Source of the DNA: Pavona decussata | Taxonomy: Eukaryota | Direction: 5' to 3' | NCBI GenBank assembly: GCA_977016875.1 | Contig: CDRNST010000215.1 | Location: 1,178,001 to 1,242,000 of the forward strand | Length of the DNA: 64,000 nucleotides | Part shown: piece after piece, positions 13,101-23,300 of the stretch | Position numbering within the stretch: the first letter of the stretch is position 1 | Layout of the letters: every line of letters begins with the position of its first letter | Notes under the pieces: generated by a model | The model's database searches: none | Seen by the model: the letters and a program-made list of their open reading frames with translations, nothing else | Told to the model about the DNA's origin: nothing | Program-made: the position numbers and the translations under genes

Positions 13101-16100
13101 TTTCTGTGCATAGTTTTCCACTGCGTGCACAGGGACACCTCACATGCTTTCCTTCCCCTTTTTTGCCACAGGCTAACACACCCCTTGTCCTTATTTTCGA
13201 GCCACAGCTACAGCCCTTGTCTGCTAGAGATGCATCGCGAGAACCACTTGCTCCACCACCACTGTCTGCATCTAAAGTGAAACGTGCAAGGAATTTGATT
13301 AGCACGGCTCTGCTTCCTTTGTCATCACAGTCCAAATATGTGATCCACTGACAGCCATGGTCTTGAAGCTGACAACATCTTTGTGGATTGGATTTGACAA
13401 ACACAGTTGAATCTCTGTAAGCGACCAACCATGTACGCAAACATCTCTTTAAAACAACCATCTTCATAAAATCCAATGCCTATTTCGCAGTACAGCGCAG
13501 TTTTCGCGATATCTGACAACCGACATTCTCTCGTCGACGACCACTTTTCTGATAGCAAGGGTGGTCGCTTACGAGAGAATCAACTATAACTCCCTACCAC
13601 ACTATCAAACAACAACAAGATGGGAAAACAATGAACATACCACATGAGAGCGAGACTTAAGACAGTAAGGAGACTTGCTGCACTGTCTCTTGATGGTGAG
13701 AGGCGGGGAAGGGGGGAGGGGCTTATTGCCTAACTAATTACTGTATGAACAACTTAATATTCTTTCATATTTTGACTCATCAACACCTAGAGCAATTACT
13801 CATTTACCGGATCTGAATTTCAGTTGCCTTAAAAATTTTCTGTCAAGGGCTAATGTTTCATATTCAACAGCTCGAAGTTAAAGGATTTCTCCTCACTTCA
13901 CTCTAACACAGTGAACCTCATCTTAAATGTGGCATAACTTGAGGTTTGGAAAAGTTTATAAGAGTTAAGGGACTATCTTGGAGCACTATATTTAGCTTGG
14001 CGTTAGGAAAGCTCATCGTACAAATGAATGGTTGCAAGTGACCACTCTTTTTGAAATCCCACGTGAACAAATGCTCTGTCCTGACCAATACACTGTATTT
14101 ACTCCGGAAAGTGCCTCCTCCTTTTCAGGTAAGCACATAAACCTCATTCTAAAATGCTACCATTTTAATATTCTATTGTTTGCATTCACATTAGCCCTTC
14201 TTGTCTCGTTCAAGACAAAATATTCTTTTCATTTTTGAACTTTAAAATGAGGTAAGAAGGGCTAATTTGAATACCAACAAAATAATGTTAAAATGGTAGC
14301 CACTTTGGAATAAGGTGTATAAGCAAAAAAAATATCACACCATTTTGAAATATTCGAAGAGCCATTTCAAACCAAACTTTGTAAGTTATTGCTGGGGTAC
14401 TTATCACACGTGGTGCACTTCCTCACATTCCCATACATTTCATTATGCTGTATTTGGCAACTATATCAATGGTCACACATTAGAGTTAGACTCAGACTTT
14501 CTGTGGGCTCCCTGTGCAGAAACCTAAGTAACATGGCACCTCAATATTGTCCCTTTGGTAGGGGTTAAACTACATAATAATTATACCAGTTAAGACAGAA
14601 TAGATTGTTCATACTGCAGGGTATGACGACTTTGAATCTCTAGTAACAAAATTCAAATCACAACTGACATAGTTGTATATCACCGTTTTGTCATTCCTTT
14701 CTTTCCTACCCTATTTCATGTTTTCCTTGTCTTTTCTCCTGTGTGGCCTTTAAAGAAGCTCAAAAAAGTTCTTCATTGTTATTTTAGTCCTCCCAAAAAC
14801 CTTTCCTTATTCTTGTATCTTTGATGTTAAAGCTCAGTCTGCCTTCTTACTTAGCAGTTAAAGTCATTCTTTCTTTTTGTCATCCTGGCCTGGCTAGATT
14901 AGCTTTGCTACCTGCGGCACCATTATTGTACATGTAAATTTATACAAACACCTAACAAAGTTGAAGTTAAACCAGGGTTCCAGCCTAACAGAAGGAGAGT
15001 TTCTATGATGTCCAACTGACCTGTCAACAATATAGAGACAGCCATACATGTAACATGAATACTGTACGCGTATATACACTGTGTAGGAGGCCTCTTGTGC
15101 TGGAAATCTCTCATGCAGCTGTTCTCGTGCATGCCATACCATTGCTTGGTTTGGCATAACACTATTGTCTGTTTGTTGTTCAGTTGCAGTTGTGGCTGCT
15201 TATTCATTTTTGCAATTATTGAGGCAATTGAGTTGTCTGTCTGTTTTTGTTGCATGGCCCAAATTTTATTATTTCATTAAGTTAATAATTTTACTCTTCT
15301 TCCTTCCCCTCTTTTTTTTCCCAAGGACTACTACAGCCCCTATTCTTCCTTCCTAAGGAGGGGCAGACGTTTAACCAGACATCAAAAATTATGTTCTCAG
15401 GGAGCATGTTGCATGAAATGTTGAGAAAATGTTTAAAAAGTGAGCATCTCAGTGGTACACGTACCTGGACACAGGCATACAAGTAGATAAGAACTTGTGG
15501 CAGATATGGAAAGGTTACACTGATATGGAAAGAACACTTACGTGGTTTTGGTGGGAGAGCATCATTTGACGGTGGTGATACCTTCCGCTTGGGAGGTCGA
15601 ACAGGTACTGCAACTGGCACGGGAGGTAAAACAGGGGCAGGAACTTGGGGCTCTTGAAAGGTTTCCAGTGGTTCATAGTCCTCTAATTCTATTTCTCCTG
15701 GGGGAGGGGGTGGTGGTAAGTCACCAGCATCTTTGTCCTGTACAGGTGGAGCAGAAGCAGGTGGTGTGGGAGGGGGTGGCTGAGGTTTAGAAGACCGTGG
15801 AGGTGGGACTATAGGCGGACTGTCATCTTGAGGTGGTAGTGGTTTTGATTTGACAGGGCGGGGCGGGGGAAGAGCTGGTGCTGGCGATGACTGCTCTGGC
15901 AGTTCATAATCCTCTTCCATTATTGGCTCCACTAATGAACATGTAAGAAAAATTGAAATCAATCTTGATAACAACAATAATCCTGCTTTGTAATAAAGCC
16001 TATGGACAATACATGGCAGCACTGAACACGGTAGCTGGGACACATTATATGCTGAAGTTTGGTCTAGGTTTTAGTAAGACATAATTATCATAATAATAAT

Positions 16101-18433
16101 TATTATTTTGTCAAATAAGAAGAATTCCACACTCTCTGGCCTCAGATTTTCCTTGTTCAACCTTCATGCACAAAATATGCCATTTAGATGTAGTAATGGG
16201 CCATATTTAAATAAAATATTAATCCCACCTTCCCTTACAGCTGTGTATAATCATTTGATTTTCAACTGTTTAGGCTTAAAGGGAGGTACAGGTAATATAC
16301 AGTAATATTAACACGAAAAAAGTACAAAATACAAAGACCCTCTTACACCATTCCACAGTGCATGCAACAAAAACACTCTTAAAAGCATATTATTAGAAGG
16401 AAGAAAATGCCATATCATGCACTTTTCAGCAACTTATTCTGCAGAAGGTTCCAGAGCATGGCTAGATATTTTTAATTTTTGCATGCAATTTATTTTTCCC
16501 ACGTCAAAAGATTGACAAAAAAACATGACTCAGAAAAATATCTACATGTAACCATATTATTCCCCCCTGAATAACCTCTTTTTATGTCAGATTTTATGAG
16601 GAGATGCTACAGATCCCTCAAGCAGCCACTATCAAGGGCTATCAAGGGCTATCATTGCACTGTCCAACACAATCCATACAAAAATGGATGGTTATGTTAT
16701 GAGACAGCTCTTTGCACAAGATTGCGCATATGTGAGGTCATTCACGCCAAATGAAGGTCTTAATGTTCAACAAACCATAACTTGGCAAGACACAAAGTAC
16801 TAACCAGGCTTTGGTGCAACAACACTAGTTGGACCAGTAATTTCATATTCTGGTAACTGTGGACTGGACTGCTGGGTGGGAGTGGGAGATTGAACACTGC
16901 CGACTACTTCGTACAGATCCTCGTTAGTGTCATCATACACGTCTCCTTCATCCTCTATTGGTTCCTCTTGCTCTTCCATTGTGCTGTTCTTTCTCGGCCC
17001 TGTGTCTTCATAATGCAAGCTGTCGTCATCGCCAGATGCCTGCTTATCACGCAGTTCATGTAAATGAACATTGTTGCTCTCTGACATGGGTGCATTAGCA
17101 GCCTTCTGTATGGCTAATATCCATTCCTCTGTTTCTTTCTTTGAGTTGGATTCAAACTACAAATTGATAAATTAAAAAAAAAATGTAACCCACAGTGTAA
17201 AACGTACATTGCCAACAAGAGCTGTTTCATTATTTTCTTTAAAACAAGCCTCTGGAAGTTGTTTTAAGTTCAAAAAGGAAATAATTTGGAAATCATTTGA
17301 AAACAATCATAGCAGAAACCATTTTGAAACCTTTAAAATACCCCAAATCTCAAGTGCTAGTATGGCCAGCCAAATGTAGCAATATTCAATTCCTCTAATT
17401 TTATATTCAGTTTTGTATTATATATTCAACTATAAGTTTAATATTCAACTTGTATTCAACATTCAACACACTTTTTAACATTCAACACATTATTTAACAT
17501 TCAACTCTCTATTTAACATTCAACTATTCATTTAACATTTAATTTTTCATTCAACATTCAACTATTCATTCAACATTCAATTCTTCATTCAACATTCAAC
17601 TATTCATTCAATTCAACTTTCTTGAGCCCTCACTATTTCTGGTCAGTGACGCATAGCATAGCGGCCATGCCGGTTACGGAAATGGTAGCCTATGAGGATG
17701 ATGACACAAGGCTCGAATTCGATGTGGAGTCTGACTTGCCAAGGTTTCTTTCCTCGATCCTTCAGAGAACTGACCAGATTTCCCAGTCAAAAGTGGATAA
17801 CGAAATTGTGGAGCAGCATGTTGTTGTTGACCAAACGGTGAGTTTGCTTTGTACGCTCCGAGACAGCAGTTCAATTATTAACGCTTATGAGAAAGAAACC
17901 TTAGACAATCTCTGATCAGCTTTCAGTGATATCTTATCCGCCCTGCAGCAATGTTTAGCCATAGCATCTTTGTCTCCAACCTCAGTGGCAAAGAATATTT
18001 GTGCCAGGCTAAAAAGTGATGAGCCCGGTAGACCAGCTTTCGACATCCCTGCCGAGCTCCTGGAAGACCTCCTGGGTTTGGGCTTTACTTACACTAGAAT
18101 TGCAGAGATGTTGGGAGTATCTCGTTGGACTATATCAAGGAGGATCAAAGATTATGGTTTAGAAGATTTCAGGTCGTTTAGTAAACTGGGAAATCTGGTC
18201 AGTTCTCTGAAGGATCGAGTTAAGAAACCTTGGCAAGTCAGACTCCACCTTGAATTCGAGCCTTGTGTCATCATCTTCATAGGTTGCCATTTCCGTAACC
18301 GGCATTGCCGCCATGCTATGCATCACTGACCAGAAATAGTGAGGGCTCAAGAAAGTTGAATTGAATGAATAGTTGAATGTTGAATGAAGAATTGAATGTT
18401 GAATGAATAGTTGAATGTTGAATGAAGAATTGA

Positions 18434-18464
<31 letters not shown>

Positions 18465-20277
18465 ATTAAATATTCATATCTTTTACAGGAATACACACAG
18501 CCCGCATATAGCAGAGCTAATCGAGGCGGGCTGTGTGAGTTAATAATTCTTACAAACAGAAAATTACAAACATGCTAGCAAACGGAAAATTTAACTTTAC
18601 ATTATAACGTAGATTTAGATAAGGCTATATATCAAAATTAAAGTAAATTATATGTAATTTTTTATTATCATTAATATTACAATAGAAAAGAGATGAAAAG
18701 GGAAAAGGAGAATCAGATTATACTGGCAAAGAGAATATCATGGATGATCAGTTTTAGTTTTTCATTTAGTTAATTATCGTTTCCACTTCAATATAGGAGT
18801 CTACAGTTTCAAGTGTATCAAATAACCTTTTAGGGATTCTTTAAAAGATTTTTTTGTACTTTTTTTTAGAGTTGCAGGTATCCTGTTCCAAATCTTGACC
18901 CCAACACGCGAGAATGCATTTCGTGTGGCATTAATGCGAGATTCCTTAATATAAAAATGATCAGAGGTAGAGGAGCCCATTTTATAGGAATGGACACTAG
19001 AAATTCGAGAAAACAGATTCAAAATATTTCTTGGGGCAGTGTTTTCGTTTATATCAAACATGAGGTTGCAAACGGATTCATAATACAAGAATTGTACTGG
19101 TAATATTTTTGCTTTAACAAAAAAAGGTATGACATGGTCGTTTGTTTCAGCAAAATATATTAGCCGCAATGCGCGCTTTTGAAGAACAAGAATTTGATCA
19201 AGGAAGGTTTTACATGCATTGCCCCAAGAAATGAGACCATAAGTTATGTAAGGTACGATTAGAGACTGATAAATATTCAAAAGAGTGCAAGTAGGAACAA
19301 TATGCCGTAACCTTGCGATTAGCCCAATTGTCTTACTTATTTTTGTTGCAACAGAATTAATATGTGTCTTTCAGGATAAATTTTCATCAATTAACAATCC
19401 AAGATATTTAATTTAGATATGTCAAATGAATAGTTGAATGTTAAATAACGTGTTGAATGTTAAAGAGCGTGTTGAATGTTGAATACAAGTTGAATATTAA
19501 ACTCATAGTTGAATATATAATACAGAACTGAATATAAAATTAGACAAATTGAATATTGCTACATTTGGCTTGCCATATGCTAGATGTACATGTATGAAAC
19601 ATTCATCTACATGTAACTTTAAAGTACAAAATGTTATTATTATTGTTATTAGTTAACCCTTGGGAAAGAAAGTACAACACTTAAAATGGAAACCTTTTTG
19701 AGAAATTATTTGGATATTCATCGTTGAAATAGTTTGAAACCTTACAAAGACTATTATGCCATCAGTGAAACATGATAAGCAGATGTACAGGAAAATAATT
19801 TATTTTAATCAATCAAAATTAATATTGCATGTACCAGTACAAGTAATTATTGTCTTACAAATTCAGAAAGAAAACCGTCTGGAAATCCTTTGGTTTAAAA
19901 CCATTAACTGTACAAATATTTCTTTAAAATCAATAATAGTCACCATGCCAAATCCCTTTTAAAGGCTCAGTGGCTTTCATCCCAAACTCAGACCTTGTCT
20001 AGAACTCCCATCCATACAGGCATACACTACATTCTAACAATGAGTCAATAAAACCCACCTGTATTTTCTCTTTGTTATTATTAGAATTTGTAAATATCCC
20101 GTAATTCAGCTTATGGCTGCAATGGTGTTTATAATTAAGTATCTATCTATCTCTATCTATCTATCTAGGACTGGAATGCCCAAGACAGTTTTAAGTAATA
20201 AATTATTCTTACTATACATGAAGCTGCTGTCAAACAGCATCCCAGAAGCCTAGCAAATCAATCAATCACTCAGTCAC

Positions 20278-20330
<53 letters not shown>

Positions 20331-23300
20331 GTTACATCTAATGAGCTAAAAGCTTGTTCAAAATACCTAAGCACTGAAACTTTTTTTGCTATAGCACCAA
20401 ACATTTTACATGTTGGGTTACAAACATCTACATGCAGTTCCTTCAATTTTTTTCAGGCAGCACCCTTCACTAACCATTCTAATCTGGGGAGGAAATTAGC
20501 TACCACATTCACAACCATCTATTACAGAAGCAGTTCAGTACAGCTGTACAAATTATTAATACCTGATAAGACCTGTGTCCTTCTGGATGAGTCAGGGTGA
20601 ACTCACGGCCTTTCTTGTTAGCAACTGCAGCTTGATATCCAGGCAGTAAGATGAATCCTTGTTGTCTAGCTGATTTCTTGTCTTTGAAGTAGTACAACAC
20701 ATGGTTTCGCACCACACAGTAACGTTTCTGCCATCTGCTCCCAAGATAAACCTTCCCATCTTTGCGATGCTTGTTCAGGACACCTAGACACGAAAAGTTC
20801 TTTATTCAAAACTAATGCAAAGTTTTCATGATCAATTAAGTAGTATTGAAACTAAAACTTACAATGTTAATAATGAACAAGCATGACTCATGGCTCTTCA
20901 ATCAGGTTTATTATCTTCAGATTCCTGTACATTATGATCTTACACAGTGGTTGGTTTTTTCAGTCACATACTACTTATCATTTAGCATACATAAAACAGC
21001 CTTGGGGCAGAGAGTTCAACAGCAAATAATTCTTACATACCTTTCTTAATTACACCTTCAATGTTTTCAGGTTTCGTGTCCTTTGTCAGGTTCTCAAAGA
21101 TCATTGTCCCTGATCTTTGTTTACTTGTCAAACCATCAACTGAACTTTCGTTAGCAGTCTCAACACCTTCATACAAACTGTCTGCAGGACTTTCCTCTGA
21201 TCCAACTGCAACTATCAAAATCAAAATTCCAATAATAAAAATTCAAACTTGTTCCCAAATCAGGAGTTGAAACTGTGACCGTCTGATTACTAGTTCAGAT
21301 ACTCTAACACTGAGCTAAAAGAGACTCGTGGGAGCAAAAGCCATTGCACTAGATTCGTGTGAAAAAACATCCTGTATAATGACAGGATTTGAATGTTGAT
21401 TTGTGGCACATAATTATGCAATGGAACAAAATAATATGATAGTAAATTCACATGAACCTGGTTTAAGGTCTAACAGTAATCAGCCTCAAATTTCTCCTTG
21501 TTTTTTCTCAAATGTTTATTTAACCCCTGAGGTCATGAGAATTAAGAATATGATCACCCAAAATGAATGTTCTTGCTATTTTAATAACTTTTACAAGAAA
21601 AGTATGGGGACACTTGAGATAAGAGAATTTGTTCTTTGATATTAGGGGTTAAAGGGTTAATTAACTTTGCATATGTCACACATCATCACACCTCCATCAC
21701 ATTTATTCCAAAATTATGTCAATTATTTAAAATTAATTACAATGACTGCTTAGAGTGAAGAAACCTTTGGCTGTTAAGACTCCACCAACCCATTCTCCCC
21801 CCTGCTCAGAATTTTCAATGATCTTTCATACGTATGAATACTTCAAGGAACCTCATAATTTATTGTAATAAATGCACAACATAGAAAACCACATCAAATT
21901 TAAACAACATTAACTTCAAAAGAAAAGCTGGCATTGCCACCCTGCCAGTCATTTCACTGCAGGTGCTGAGTTGTCAAAATTGCACCATCCATGCAGTAAG
22001 ATACAACAGAATATGGACAGAATAAAAATAGAAATCAGTATTTGATTTACCTCATGAACAAACCTAGAGACCTGACCAAAAAGCTGAACAGCTTACACTT
22101 TTACAGCTGATTACTGTAATATCTTTTGTCCAAAACATTCTTTTAACCTTAGGTTATTTCTCTGAGTATATGTTTGGCTGTTTTTCTTGAAATACAGATT
22201 CGAAATTGTCCACATCCTTCTTTCTCACTTCATCTGCCATCATAAATGTGACAATAAAGCGCTGACTACATAATAAGAGTGGGAGGAGCTATCCCTTTTA
22301 CAGTGCAAGTCCTTGTTTAACCACAACATGAGCATTATATCTTGTGCATACATGTACCTTCATAGTCCATGCTATCTTCTGCCCCTGGCATCTCATAATC
22401 TTCGTTGCCTGGTGTAGAATCCTGTTTAGTACCTTCCTCAGCTTGCGCAGGCTCTTCATAATCTTCCTGTTCAGCTTGAGTGGTGTCATCTTCCATGGCC
22501 ACATAGTCTTCTCCTCCATCCTGTGGAGTCTCTGAATCTGCTGCCATGACCTCATAATTTTCGCCGCCAATATCTGCGGCGTTTTCCTCGCCACCTGGAG
22601 CCATCGGAGAATACTCCTGGTCATCATCTGCTACAGCTATAAAACAACAACAATTGTTATTTTATATTTGTTTTATAACTATCAGCAGTCTCTTATGTTT
22701 CTTAGGGATAGTAAAGCAAGTGAGCCACACAAGCGTATGTATGAAAATTGCTTCCTACCTCCTCGCAGAACACAATATTACCTTCACGCATGCTTGGGTG
22801 GTTTGCTTGCTTTACAAAAAATGCTAAAACAAAATGGAGACAGACCTCTCTATATGGAGGTTTTCATTTGGGGCCAGGCACCGTGATATTGCATTTATGC
22901 CAGAGTACTGTAGTATGAAAATACAAGTTTGCCTGACTGCTTCAAAAATCATATCCAAGTTATCCTGCTCTGGCTCACTAACCTATATATAGCCTCTTGC
23001 CCATCTGCTGAAAAATTTTCATGAAACCCCTAATTATGCTATTGAAAACAATGATTTCAGTTTTTATTTATTTTATTTTTTTGTATTTTTGAAGAAATTG
23101 CCACTCTGTGTTGTTTGATGGGACTGACACATTGCAAATCTTTGTACGTTTACAACTTGGCTGATTTTAAAACAACTGTGGTCTAAAATAACTTTACATG
23201 TTTGTTACATTCTGTAAGTCACACTTCATTCAAAGAACTGGTCCTAACATTCTTCTGCTCAATTTTTTAACACAAATTACAAGACACAGAAGTAAAAAAG

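Larger units (their letters stand above)
17361..19577 (+). mobile_element. IS3EU-type DNA transposon, non-autonomous foldback derivative
   Basis: Termini TATGGC...GCCATA; 6-bp TSD TGCTAG at 17355-17360 and 19578-19583; long inverted arms with attcaac subterminal repeats; remnant transposase HTH inside. Confidence 0.8.

Noticed and set aside
13272-13476. N-terminal part of ORF 12544-13476 as a single-exon gene start
   Set aside because: The ATG lies inside a MITE (13404-13586) and the segment contains a good branch point and acceptor; likely intronic
22155-22243. Short minus-strand frame MMADEVRKKDVDNFESVFQEKQPNIYSEK
   Set aside because: Ends in a stop with no clear donor; not needed for the SKAP model
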